Shown: positions 6,606 through 15,873 of the stretch, piece after piece
How the letters are laid out: every line of letters begins with the position of its first letter
How positions within the stretch are numbered: the first letter of the stretch is position 1
DNA from: Burkholderiales bacterium
Lineage (GTDB): Bacteria > Pseudomonadota > Gammaproteobacteria > Burkholderiales > Burkholderiaceae_A
DNA: 64,000 nt
Direction of reading: 5' to 3'
Assembly: GCA_027486725.1 (NCBI GenBank)
Contig: JAIXOP010000015.1
Span: forward strand, 215,950-279,949
Notes under the pieces: model-generated
The model's input: only the letters and a program-made list of their open reading frames with translations
The model's database searches: none
Told to the model about the DNA's origin: nothing
Position numbers and translations under genes: made by a program

Positions 6606-8862
6606 CCAGGGTGGCCGAGCGTGGCCGCACCCCGGCCCCATAGCTACGGGCAAGGCCACCCCCATTCGCAGGCCAAGTGCTCTCTAAGCCCTCGGGCGAA
6701 AAATCTCGGGCGCCCTGAAGGGGGCGGCTGTTTTCTCCGGGGTGCTGGATGTTGACCAACACCGCCCGACCATCGGCGGTCTCTGCCAGACCCGTCACCT
6801 CAGCACCCCTGGGGGCCACCAAGAAACGACGCAGCCGCGCCTCGCCCAGGGTCGCACCAAGAAAGCTGGACTGGGTGCTCAGCACGGCATCGCCCGCCGC
6901 GTTGGTGTTCTTCACCTCGATCGGCCCGCCATCGCCCACCTGACCAGGGATCGCCGCCAGCAGCATGCAATTGGTCTCGTCTTTGTAGGCGCCGTCGTCG
7001 GTCTGGATCCAACAGATGCCGGTGGTTGGGCTGAACCAGAGGCCATCGGGCGACGAGAAGGCGTTGGCTGCGGTCAGGCCCGAGAGGTTGCTGCCCGCCG
7101 GACTGCCTTCCTCCGCGCCAAACAAAAAGATGTCCCATCGGAAGGCCGATGCGCGGACGGAGTCCTCCCGGAATCGAATGATGTGGCCATTGGGGTTGCC
7201 GCTGTCGGGCTTGCCGTCGTCCACATACGAGCGGGGGTTGGCCGCATTCACCTGCTGAGGACTGCGGTTGGCCTGGTTGTTGTTGGTGAGGGCAAAATAG
7301 ACCTCGCCATTAGCGGGATTGACGGCTCCCCACTCAGGGCGATCCATCTTGGTGGCCCCAACCGCGTCGGCAGCAAGCCGGGTGTGGACATAAACCTCGG
7401 CCTGGTTCTCGAATGCAAAGCCGTTTTTCGAAAACTCCCGGATGCGCGGGTTGTCGATGCTGAGCTCGAGCCATTCCCCCGAGCCATCGTCGTTGAACTT
7501 GGCGACATAGAGGCGTCCCTCATCCAGATACTTGTTGCCCGCGGCCATGCCACGGCCGACGTCCGCGGGATCCCAGGGTGCTGCCGTAACGAACTTGTAG
7601 ATGTATTCGCTGCGCCCATCGCATCCCATGTAGAACGACAGGGGCTGACCGGCCGCAGGGATGCCCACCACCGCAGCCTCGTGGGCAAAGCGGCCCATGG
7701 CCACCCGCTTGGCGGGCACCGAGCGGGGATCTGCCGGATCGATCTCGAGGTTGTAGCCAAAGGTGTGGGGCTCTTGGCGAAAGTCCTCGGCGGCGGAGTT
7801 CCCGTGGGCCGAAATATTCCAACGCGCGAAGCGCTGGCCGCGGTCGGGCGCATCGGCCACCATGAACCAGCCCTGACTCTGGGTGGTGTATCCGGCGGGC
7901 AGCACCTCGGGCATGGGTGATCGTGCGACACCGTAGCGTCGGCGCGACTCGGTGAGTTTGGCATCGGCCGATCGGCCGCCGGCGGGAATGTTGAAGTACT
8001 GGGCCCAGTTCTCCTCGCAAGCAAGGTAGGTGCCCCAGGGCGTATAGCCATAGCCGCAATTGTTGATCGTTCCGCGCGCGGTGTTGCCGGTGGGGTCGTG
8101 GCGGGTGGAGAAGAGGCGATGGATGTCTGCCCGGTGGGCCGCCGGGCCACGGACCACCACGGGAGTCTCGGGGGTGATGCGGCGGTTGAGCGCAGAGCCC
8201 TGCAGGTAGCCCACTGGGACACCGGCTGCATCGAATCGCACCTCCGCGATCGAAACACCATGATGAAGAATTTCTTTGACGACTTCCGAGCCCGGACGCG
8301 CGCCGCCGTCCCAGCCCTCTTTGCCTCCAAACTGCGAGAACTTCTTGCCAGACATTCCGCCGCTGGTCTGGCCCTTCGGGTGGAAGAACTGCGCATCGGC
8401 AGAGCTCTCGTGGTTGACAACAAGCACCGCCCGTCGAGCAGCCTTGGCACTGAACCTGCCCTGGTCGGACAGGTAGAAGAGGTGCATGCCATCGTGGTGG
8501 TCTCCCACCCGGCGCCCGAAGCTCTCGGGATCGTCCAGGCCGGCATTCGAGTAGGGGCGATCGGCTTTGGTGAGTGGATCGCCCGTGGCATGCAGCACTG
8601 CCACGGTGTAGCCCTCGGGGACACTCACCGAGTCGGCCATCGACATTGCTGTGGGCGCGAAGCCCAGGGTCGGGCTGCCGGCTTGAACGGAAGCGGCAGC
8701 AGCGACGGCAGGGGCGCAGACCGGCGCCGAGGCCAGCGCGGAGAGGCCCAGCCCGCCTTGAATCAGACGCCTGCGGCGGGGGCTCGCCAGTCCTCGCTCG
8801 AGGACGTCGGCGAACGACTCGTTGTTGCTCGTGTTGTCATTGAAGCTGGGGTGGCTGGCCAT
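6565..8862 (-). CDS. phoX: PhoX-family alkaline phosphatase (DUF839), Tat-exported
   Basis: Twin-arginine signal RRRRLIQGGLG; GDHHDGM, VNHE, NNCGYGYTPWGTYLACEEN, GRFAHE, KMDRPEW, SPDGL, IQTD, GAEVTG, VNIQHPGE. Confidence 0.92.
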   Translation of the reverse strand: MASHPSFNDNTSNNESFADVLERGLASPRRRRLIQGGLGLSALASAPVCAPAVAAAASVQAGSPTLGFAPTAMSMADSVSVPEGYTVAVLHATGDPLTKADRPYSNAGLDDPESFGRRVGDHHDGMHLFYLSDQGRFSAKAARRAVLVVNHESSADAQFFHPKGQTSGGMSGKKFSQFGGKEGWDGGARPGSEVVKEILHHGVSIAEVRFDAAGVPVGYLQGSALNRRITPETPVVVRGPAAHRADIHRLFSTRHDPTGNTARGTINNCGYGYTPWGTYLACEENWAQYFNIPAGGRSADAKLTESRRRYGVARSPMPEVLPAGYTTQSQGWFMVADAPDRGQRFARWNISAHGNSAAEDFRQEPHTFGYNLEIDPADPRSVPAKRVAMGRFAHEAAVVGIPAAGQPLSFYMGCDGRSEYIYKFVTAAPWDPADVGRGMAAGNKYLDEGRLYVAKFNDDGSGEWLELSIDNPRIREFSKNGFAFENQAEVYVHTRLAADAVGATKMDRPEWGAVNPANGEVYFALTNNNQANRSPQQVNAANPRSYVDDGKPDSGNPNGHIIRFREDSVRASAFRWDIFLFGAEEGSPAGSNLSGLTAANAFSSPDGLWFSPTTGICWIQTDDGAYKDETNCMLLAAIPGQVGDGGPIEVKNTNAAGDAVLSTQSSFLGATLGEARLRRFLVAPRGAEVTGLAETADGRAVLVNIQHPGENSRPLQGARDFSPEGLESTWPANGGGLARSYGAGVRPRSATLVISRKDGKRIGEA

Positions 8863-8896
8863 GGGGGCTCCGGTGTGGAATGCACGATGGAGTTTC

Positions 8897-8930
8897 AGTG
8901 TGCGTCTCGATTTTGAAGAAACGATGACGC
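8897..8930 (-). promoter_or_regulatory. Putative Pho box (8913-8930) plus -10-like hexamer (8897-8902) for phoX
   Basis: Minus strand GCGTCAT-CGTT-TCTTCAA (two 7-mers in 11-bp register resembling CTGTCAT), then 10 nt, then CACACT. This matches the PhoB-dependent promoter geometry. Confidence 0.5.
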
Positions 8931-8933
8931 ACC

Positions 8934-8997
8934 TTGCCGCGCCAACGGGTTGCCCGCCTACGGGAGTGCCCGCCTAAGGGATTGCCCTCCTACGCCA
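8934..8997. repeat. Imperfect 16-bp tandem repeat, 3-4 copies
   Basis: ttgcccgcctacggga (8950), gtgcccgcctaaggga (8966), ttgccctcctacgcca (8982), plus a weaker copy at 8934. Confidence 0.7.
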
Positions 8998-9424
8998 CCC
9001 GAACCCAGCGCCGCGCCCGCTTGGCCAGGCCCTTGTCGTGGGTGAGCAGCACCGACGACGACAACGAACGAACCGTGACCTCGGTGCGAAGAAAGTCCAG
9101 AATCCGCCGGTCGGCGCGGTCCTTGCCCTTGCCACCGGAGTCGATGACCCGGAGCCCATCGACGGGGTGCTCGCACCGAAACTCAGGCCCATCGAACCAG
9201 AGGTCGAGGCGCGCCCCCGCACACTGAGCTCGGACGGCATCCGCCGCGTCCTCGATCAGCGCCTGCCGATGCCTCGGCGCAGGGAAATCCAGCTCGGCAT
9301 GGCTGCCATAGCGCGGCGACTGGCGATACAGGAAGTTGTTGCCATCGATGATGAGCAGGCCCGCGGGGGCCAGGGCAGAGAGCAGCGCCCTCAAATCCGC
9401 CGGGTCGACGAGGCCGCTAGCCAC
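8990..9424 (-). CDS. NYN/PIN-like (YacP-type) domain protein
   Basis: LIIDGNN, LWFDG, ADRRI and LTHDKGL give the acidic-residue pattern of NYN nucleases. GTG start overlaps the upstream stop. Confidence 0.65.
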   Translation of the reverse strand: MASGLVDPADLRALLSALAPAGLLIIDGNNFLYRQSPRYGSHAELDFPAPRHRQALIEDAADAVRAQCAGARLDLWFDGPEFRCEHPVDGLRVIDSGGKGKDRADRRILDFLRTEVTVRSLSSSVLLTHDKGLAKRARRWVRVA

Positions 9425-10211
9425 CGCTCACCAGCAGTTCCAGTTCTCCCTCGGTGAATCCAGCTGCCCGCCGGGCCTCCAGATTGAAGGGCCCCCTCAG
9501 GCGCGGCGCCCGATGTGCCAGCGCCAGGGATGCATAGGTGGCCACGGGGTCGAGGCCACGCTGCTCGCAGCACCAGCGAAACCAGGAATTCCCGATGGCC
9601 ACATGGCCCACCTCGTCGGTAAGGATGCGCTGCAGAATGGCGGCCGCCGCATGATCGCCCACCCCACGCAGCCGCTCGCGAATCGCGGGGCTCGCATCCA
9701 GGCCCCTCGCCTCCAGGGTTCGCGGCACCAGCGCCATGCGGGCCAAGACATCGCCCGCCGTGCTCTCGGCCATTTCCCAGAGGCCGTTGTGGGCCGGAAA
9801 ATCGCCATAGTCAAAGCCCATGCTCTGCAGATGATCGCGCAGGAGGCCAAAGTGGATCGCCTCTTCCTGGGCCACGCGCAGCCAGTCGGTGTAGTAAGGA
9901 TCGGGCATGCCATCAAACCGCCAGATGGCGTCCAGCGCGAGATTGATGGCATTGAACTCGATGTGGGCGATCGCATGCAGCATGGCCGCACGCCCCTCGG
10001 TGGTGCGCACATCCCGCCGGGGCATGTGCAGGGGTGACCTCAGGCGTGGCCGCTCGGGTCGCCCTGGGATCGATGACGTCGCCTGCGGGGTGTTGGCTGG
10101 AGCTCGGGTTCCCATGGCTGCCACCTGCTCTGCCTTGCGGGTGGGGCAGGGCTCAGCCAGGGCACTCAGAGCAGCCCGCCGGAGATCTTGAATCGTGCAG
10201 CTATCGGGCAC
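9417..10211 (-). CDS. Ferritin-like domain protein (DUF455)
   Basis: LHAIAHIEFNAINLALD, EEAIHF, PAHNGLW, VPRTLEARGLD, DEVGHV. Start inferred at GTG 10211, overlapping the SDR stop. Confidence 0.85.
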   Translation of the reverse strand: MPDSCTIQDLRRAALSALAEPCPTRKAEQVAAMGTRAPANTPQATSSIPGRPERPRLRSPLHMPRRDVRTTEGRAAMLHAIAHIEFNAINLALDAIWRFDGMPDPYYTDWLRVAQEEAIHFGLLRDHLQSMGFDYGDFPAHNGLWEMAESTAGDVLARMALVPRTLEARGLDASPAIRERLRGVGDHAAAAILQRILTDEVGHVAIGNSWFRWCCEQRGLDPVATYASLALAHRAPRLRGPFNLEARRAAGFTEGELELLVSGG

Positions 10212-11070
10212 GCCACCCCCCGTTGCCGTCGGACTCGATGAGGCCGCGCCGCGCCAGGTCTCGGACATAGGCGGCCATCCCACGCCGCGCCCGCCCCTCA
10301 AACCACGGCAGAACCCGGGGCAGCCCATTGGGCATGAGCATGCCGAGCCGCACCAGCCAGCTCTCGGCGGGACGCACATACACCTCCACTGCGCGACTCC
10401 TCATTGCTCGGAGCACCGCCTGCGCCACGTCGGTGGGCCTCTGAGGAGGATCCATGAACTGGTGTGGATTGCCCCCGTGAATTGCCTCGGCAATCAGCAT
10501 GGGCGACTCGGTGGCCGAGGGATTGACGATGGAAAAATCCACCCCGAGTCGAGCGGCATCCAAGGCGAGACCCAGACTCGCTCCACGGAGCCCAAACTTG
10601 CTGCTGCTGTAGAGGGCTGTCTCGGGCAGGGCAAAGATGCCCCCCAACGAGACGATGTTCACCACCTGGGCACGGCCAGCGCCTCGAGTCCCCTCGGGCG
10701 CCCGACGGGAAAACGCCTGCAGGCTGGGCAGCAGACGCCGAATGAGCAGGATGGGGGCGATCTGATTCACCTCAATCTCCTGCCGCAATGCCGCATCGCT
10801 GCGTTCCTCGAAGGGCTCGAGCCTTTGAACCCCGGCGTTGTTCACCAGCAGCGCCAGGGGTCCGGCCGCCGAGGCCCAGGCGGTCAGGGCATCGAGATCT
10901 TCGGGCTTGGTGAGGTCGGCCGCCATCCATTCAGAGGCCTGCGCCTTGGGCACCACCCGATCCGTGCACAGGCAGTGATATCCCTCATTCAGAAGCGCAT
11001 GGTGGATCGCATGCCCGAGCGCACCGGCCGCGCCAGTGATCAAGGCCCGGGGCTTGGCTTGGTTTTGCAT
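10201..11070 (-). CDS. Short-chain dehydrogenase/reductase (SDR)
   Basis: ALITGAAGALG, LVNNAG, YSSSK catalytic motif. Confidence 0.88.
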   Translation of the reverse strand: MQNQAKPRALITGAAGALGHAIHHALLNEGYHCLCTDRVVPKAQASEWMAADLTKPEDLDALTAWASAAGPLALLVNNAGVQRLEPFEERSDAALRQEIEVNQIAPILLIRRLLPSLQAFSRRAPEGTRGAGRAQVVNIVSLGGIFALPETALYSSSKFGLRGASLGLALDAARLGVDFSIVNPSATESPMLIAEAIHGGNPHQFMDPPQRPTDVAQAVLRAMRSRAVEVYVRPAESWLVRLGMLMPNGLPRVLPWFEGRARRGMAAYVRDLARRGLIESDGNGGWRAR

Positions 11071-11140
11071 CGCTGTTCGGCCCTTTGAATCGAAAACCTG
11101 CGTGCTAGTTTGCCTTGAAACATTCCAAGGGAGGCTTTCC

Positions 11141-11980
11141 ATGTCATCGACCGTGACCCTGCAGGACATCTTTAGCCACGTCCTCGAACTGCCCAGCATC
11201 TCGAAGGTGGTGCAGGATCTCCTGAAGTACATCGACGATCCGCGCAGCAACATTGACGATATTGCAGCCGAGTTGCACCTCGACCCGGCCCTATCGGCCA
11301 AGGTGCTGCGCATGGCAAACTCGGTCCGGTATGGCGCAGGGCGCAAGGTCGCCAGCATTGACACGGCGGTCTACAACCTTGGCATGGATGCGCTGCGCAC
11401 CCTGGTTGTGGCCTCGGGTGTGGTGGGTGCTTATAAAAAGGTCCCCCTGCTCGACATGAAGGCCTATTGGCGTGAGAGCTTTCTCGTGGCCAGCGTGAGT
11501 CGCGCCATCGCCAAGCACGCCCACCTCGATGCCGAGACCGCATTCACCTGCGGCCTCATGCACAAGGTCGGAGTGCCCTTGCTCTACATGGCCGACGCAC
11601 AGACGATGGACCGAATCGCTGCCCTGGTGAAGGAAGGTGCCCATCAAGAGGACTTGGAGCGCAATCAGTTTGGCTTTGACCACGGCGAGGTCGGCGAGGA
11701 GCTCGCCATTCGCTGGCATTTCCCCGAGACCATCGCCCACGCCATCGGACAGCACACCCGCGTGGCTATGGAGCCCGATCCCGATCCCTACGCACGGGTT
11801 GTATGCCTCGCCCGTTACATCGTGGGATCGCACCAGCAGGGCGCTAGCCGCCACGACATCTTCGACCACTTCCCAGCGCACATTGCCGAGCCTCTGGACC
11901 TCGACCTGGTGGCACTTCTGGAGGACTTGGAGCGGCTGATGACTGCCGAGGACGACATCGAGGAGATGCTCGCGGCTTAA
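11141..11980 (+). CDS. Stand-alone HDOD-domain protein
   Basis: ELPSI, DPALSAKVLRMANS, AFTCGLMHKVG, GFDHGEVG..LAIRWHFP. GGGAGG RBS before ATG 11141. Confidence 0.88.
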   Translation: MSSTVTLQDIFSHVLELPSISKVVQDLLKYIDDPRSNIDDIAAELHLDPALSAKVLRMANSVRYGAGRKVASIDTAVYNLGMDALRTLVVASGVVGAYKKVPLLDMKAYWRESFLVASVSRAIAKHAHLDAETAFTCGLMHKVGVPLLYMADAQTMDRIAALVKEGAHQEDLERNQFGFDHGEVGEELAIRWHFPETIAHAIGQHTRVAMEPDPDPYARVVCLARYIVGSHQQGASRHDIFDHFPAHIAEPLDLDLVALLEDLERLMTAEDDIEEMLAA

Positions 11981-12107
11981 CGAAGGATGGGCTGGGGGGC
12001 CGGCTGGGCGCGTTGCCCACAAACCTAGGGAATGCCATGATGTTTTCCCATGGGGCAGGGGCCACGCTGGGAGCCATTCAAACGGCGTTGTGACGCATAG
12101 TCCAACC

Positions 12108-12683
12108 ATGAAAACCGTTGACTTCATCTACGATGTGGTGAGCCCGGCCAGCTACCTCGCTTGGACCCAGATTCCCACCCTTCTTCCCCTGGGCCATGTC
12201 GCCCTCAAACCGGTATTTTTGGGCGGGCTGATGAAGCTCGCTGGCAATGTGCCTCCGGGCACAGTGCCCGCCAAGGGGGCTTACTTCAAAATCGACTGGG
12301 GCCGCTACGCCCGCCGCTACGGCGTGGTGATGCGCTGGCCCGAACCCTTCCCGATGAACACGGCCAATGCCATGCGGCTGATCGTGGCCTGCCCAGAGGA
12401 AAAGCGCATGGGCCTGACCGATGAGTTCTTCCAGCGCGTCTGGACGGCCGGCGAGGACATCACCAGCCCCGAAGTCCTGCGGGCAGCCTTGCTGGCTCAG
12501 GGACTCGATGTCGAACCGCTGCTCGCCGCCATGGGCAGCGATGCCATCAAGGCCGAACTCATGGCCCGCACCGAGGCCGAAGCCAAGCGCGGCGCCTTCG
12601 GCGCGCCCACCTTCTTCGTGGGCGACGACATGTTCTTTGGCAATGACCGGCTCGACTTCGTGCGCGAAGCCCTGGCCGCATGA
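12108..12683 (+). CDS. 2-hydroxychromene-2-carboxylate isomerase / DsbA-like (GST-kappa) protein
   Basis: VDFIYDVVSPASYLA, PVFLGGL, RGAFGAPTFFVGDDMFFGNDRL. Confidence 0.88.
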   Translation: MKTVDFIYDVVSPASYLAWTQIPTLLPLGHVALKPVFLGGLMKLAGNVPPGTVPAKGAYFKIDWGRYARRYGVVMRWPEPFPMNTANAMRLIVACPEEKRMGLTDEFFQRVWTAGEDITSPEVLRAALLAQGLDVEPLLAAMGSDAIKAELMARTEAEAKRGAFGAPTFFVGDDMFFGNDRLDFVREALAA

Positions 12684-13318
12684 ACCCCACGCCACAACTG
12701 CGCGATCTCGTTCCGCCGGGGGGATGGCTGCTTCAAGAGGCCCCACGGCTCTCGCTCACCCGGCCTGCCCGCAGCCAATGGGGGCGGCGTTTTCTGCTCT
12801 GGCTGATCCAGCGGGTTGGCAAGCTCAACGCCACCCACCTCTGGCTCACCCTCTTTCACAACCTGCGCCTCATGCGCGGCTTTGTCTTTTTCTCGGCGCA
12901 CATGATGCCGTTCGGAGAGCTCTCGCGGCGCGACACCGAGCTCATGATCCTGCGCACGGGTTGGAACTGCCGTTCGCGCTACGAGTGGGGGCAGCATGTG
13001 GACATTGGGCTGAGGGCCGGACTGACCGAGGCCGACATCGTGCGCATCACCCAGGGGCCCACCTCCCCCGGCTGGACCCCCAAAGAAGCAGCCATGCTTC
13101 TGGCCTGCGATGAATTCCACAGCGAGCGGCTGGTTCGGCCGAGCACCTGGGCCCTGCTGCAGCAGCACTTCAGCCATCGCCATCTGGTGGAGCTCCTGAT
13201 GCTGATTGGCTTTTACCAGGGCCTGGCCGGTGTTCTGAATACGGTGGGCATCCCGCTCGACGCCGATCTGGAATCGGTGCTCGAGGCGCCCTGTCCCCCA
13301 GCATCGCCCAAGCCGTGA
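12680..13318 (+). CDS. Carboxymuconolactone decarboxylase/AhpD-like family protein
   Basis: LSRRDTELMILRTGWNCRSRYEWGQH, LVELLMLIGFY. ATGA coupling to the upstream gene. Confidence 0.8.
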   Translation: MNPTPQLRDLVPPGGWLLQEAPRLSLTRPARSQWGRRFLLWLIQRVGKLNATHLWLTLFHNLRLMRGFVFFSAHMMPFGELSRRDTELMILRTGWNCRSRYEWGQHVDIGLRAGLTEADIVRITQGPTSPGWTPKEAAMLLACDEFHSERLVRPSTWALLQQHFSHRHLVELLMLIGFYQGLAGVLNTVGIPLDADLESVLEAPCPPASPKP

Positions 13319-13662
13319 TCCCCGGACTGTTGATCCTGTTGCTCTTTCAGGGCCTGGGCGAGCTGATGTCGCAGGGCCTTGACCTCCCCCTGCCGGGTCC
13401 GGTGGTGGGGCTGCTCTTGCTGCTGGCGGCACTGGCGCTTCGCCGCGGCCAGCTGCCGGAGCCCCTGGCGCCCGTGGCGGCAGGTCTCACCGCCCACCTG
13501 GGTCTTCTCTTCATCCCTGCGTCGGTGGGCGTGATCTCCTTTTTGCCTGAGCTCAAGGCCATTGCCCTGCCCCTCTTCATCACCCTGCTGGGCAGTGTCG
13601 CGCTCACCATCGCAGCCACTGCCTGGGTGGCCCATCGCCTGAGCCGTCGCAGAGAAGACTGA
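13315..13662 (+). CDS. lrgA: CidA/LrgA family membrane protein
   Basis: LLFQGLGE, LPLPGPVVGLLLL, LLFIPASVG. Confidence 0.9.
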   Translation: MIPGLLILLLFQGLGELMSQGLDLPLPGPVVGLLLLLAALALRRGQLPEPLAPVAAGLTAHLGLLFIPASVGVISFLPELKAIALPLFITLLGSVALTIAATAWVAHRLSRRRED

Positions 13663-14390
13663 TGGACCTGCGCAGCCTGGAACTCCACGAACTCTGGGTC
13701 TACCTCCAGGGCACCCCCCTGGCAAGCCTCATCCTCACCCTGGCGGCCTATCAGGCAGGCGTCTGGATCTATGAACGCTCTGGGCGCATGCCGATCGCCA
13801 ATCCCGTGGGCATCGCCGTGTTGCTGGTGGTGCTGGGTCTCTCGGCCTTCGATGTCCGCTATTCCGAGTACTTCGAAGGCGCCCAATTCATCCACTTCCT
13901 GCTGGGCACCGCCACCGTCGGCTTGGCCATTCCGATCGCCCAGGCCTGGCATCTGTTTCGCGCGCAATGGCTCGCCTATGGTGTGGCTCTCGTGGCCGGT
14001 GGGGCCGTGTCCATTTCCTCTGCTCTGCTGTTGGCCCACGCCACAGGGCTGCCCTCGGCCTTCATCGATCCCCTCTGGATCAAGAGCATCACTGCGCCCA
14101 TCGGCATGGGCCTGGCCGAGGGACTCGGCATCTCCCCGAGCCTGACGGCCGTCTACGCGGTCTGCACCGGCGTTTTGGGTGCCGTGATTGCCACCCCGTT
14201 GCTCAATGCCATGGGCCTGCGCGACTGGTCGGCCCGAGGCTTTGGCGTCGGGGTCGCTGCCCATGGCATCGGCACCAGCCGCGCCTTTGTGGTCCATCCC
14301 AATGCTGGAGCCCTGGCCAGCCTCGGCATGGGCGCCCACGGCATTCTGGGCGCCCTCCTCATTCCCCCGCTCGCAACCCTGATTCGATAG
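13662..14390 (+). CDS. lrgB: LrgB family membrane protein
   Basis: ANPV, Y..GAQFIHFLLGTATVGLAIP, KSITAPIGM, AHGIGTSRA. Confidence 0.9.
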   Translation: MDLRSLELHELWVYLQGTPLASLILTLAAYQAGVWIYERSGRMPIANPVGIAVLLVVLGLSAFDVRYSEYFEGAQFIHFLLGTATVGLAIPIAQAWHLFRAQWLAYGVALVAGGAVSISSALLLAHATGLPSAFIDPLWIKSITAPIGMGLAEGLGISPSLTAVYAVCTGVLGAVIATPLLNAMGLRDWSARGFGVGVAAHGIGTSRAFVVHPNAGALASLGMGAHGILGALLIPPLATLIR

Positions 14391-14400
14391 GAGTCCTTCC

Positions 14401-15873
14401 ATGAGTATCCCCAGCACCTCCACCGCTGCATCGCCCCTCGATGTCCTCATCGTTGGCGCCGGCATCTCCGGCCTGGGCCTGGGCTGTCAGCTCAAGCGGC
14501 AGTGCCCCGGCATGCGCTTTGAGATCCTCGAGCGTCGCAGTCGGGTGGGCGGCACCTGGGACCTCTTTCGCTACCCCGGCATTCGTTCCGACTCCGACAT
14601 GCTGACCTTCAGCTTCGCACTCAACCCCTGGAAGAAGGAGGCCCCGTTGGCCAATGGCCGCGAGATTCAGGCCTACCTGCACGAGACGGCCGAGGAGTTT
14701 GGCGTCATCGAGCACATCCGCTTTGGGCAGAAGGTGGGGCGGCTGTCGTGGTCCTCGGCCGAGGGCCTCTGGACCGCCGAGAGTCTGGATCTCGCGAGCG
14801 GGCAGAGCCGATCGGTGAAGGCCAAAATCCTCGTGGCTGCCACCGGCTACTACAACCACGACAAGGGCTACCTCCCCCAGTTTCCCGGCCAAGACAACTT
14901 CCGCGGCCAACTGGTCCATCCGCAGCACTGGCCCGAGGACCTCGACTACGCTGGAAAGAAGGTGGTGGTCATCGGCAGCGGTGCGACCGCCGTCACCCTC
15001 ATTCCTGCCATGGCGGATCAGGCGGGCGAGCTGACCATGCTGCAGCGATCCCCCAGCTACATCTACAGCCTGCCCCTCCATGACCCCATGGCCAACTGGG
15101 CGCGAAAGAATCTGAGCGAGGAGCGCGCCTACCGCTTTCTGCGCGCGCGCAACCTATTCATTTCGCGACTGCTCTTCAAGCTCTGCCGGCGCTTCCCCCA
15201 GTTCATGCGCCAGCGACTCATCGGTGCGGCAGCCAAGCGCCTGGGGCCTGGATTCGATATGCGGCACTTCACCCCACGCTACATGCCCTGGGACGAGCGG
15301 CTCTGCGTGGTGCCCGGGGGTGATCTGTTCAAGGTGCTGCGCTCGGGCAAGGCCAAGGTCGAGACCGACACCATCGCGGAATTTCTGCCGCAGGGCATTC
15401 GCCTCTCCTCGGGCAAGGTGCTCGAGGCCGACATCATCATCGCGGCCACGGGACTGGAGCTCCAGACCCTGGGCGGCATGCAGCTCGAGGTCGATGGTGC
15501 TGCCCAGACGGTCTCCCAGAAGCTCACCTACAAGGGGGTGTTGGTCGATGGCATTCCCAACTTTGCCTACCTGTTTGGCTACACCAATGCCTCCTGGACC
15601 CTCAAGATCAACATCGCGACCGACTACCTCTGCCGCCTCTTCAATGTGCTGCGCGCCAAGAAGGCCGATCGATTTGAGGTGACGGCGCCGGCCGGGATGA
15701 TGGTCGAGAGCGAGAGCATCATGAACTCGCTGGCGGCAGGGTATGTCCAGCGCGGAGGCCAGCACCTGCCGCGTCAGGGCAAGGTCCTGCCGTGGAAGGT
15801 GCTGCACCACTACGAGAAGGACGAGGCCATGCTGAAGGCGCCCGTGGAGGACGGGCTCCTTCAGATGTCTTAA
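14401..15873 (+). CDS. Flavin-dependent Baeyer-Villiger-type monooxygenase (EthA/AlmA-like)
   Basis: GAGISG, GGTWDLFRYPGIRSDSD, BVMO fingerprint FRGQLVHPQHWP, GSGATA, ATGL, GYTNASWTL. Confidence 0.9.
   Translation: MSIPSTSTAASPLDVLIVGAGISGLGLGCQLKRQCPGMRFEILERRSRVGGTWDLFRYPGIRSDSDMLTFSFALNPWKKEAPLANGREIQAYLHETAEEFGVIEHIRFGQKVGRLSWSSAEGLWTAESLDLASGQSRSVKAKILVAATGYYNHDKGYLPQFPGQDNFRGQLVHPQHWPEDLDYAGKKVVVIGSGATAVTLIPAMADQAGELTMLQRSPSYIYSLPLHDPMANWARKNLSEERAYRFLRARNLFISRLLFKLCRRFPQFMRQRLIGAAAKRLGPGFDMRHFTPRYMPWDERLCVVPGGDLFKVLRSGKAKVETDTIAEFLPQGIRLSSGKVLEADIIIAATGLELQTLGGMQLEVDGAAQTVSQKLTYKGVLVDGIPNFAYLFGYTNASWTLKINIATDYLCRLFNVLRAKKADRFEVTAPAGMMVESESIMNSLAAGYVQRGGQHLPRQGKVLPWKVLHHYEKDEAMLKAPVEDGLLQMS

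Noticed and set aside
8934-8997. Possible mini-CRISPR array (also the repeats at 32477 and 50757)
   Set aside because: Units are 12-16 bp and directly adjacent without unique spacers; no cas genes are present.
13315-14390. LrgA/LrgB as evidence of a prophage lysis cassette
   Set aside because: These are common chromosomal CidA/LrgA-LrgB genes, and no phage genes are nearby.
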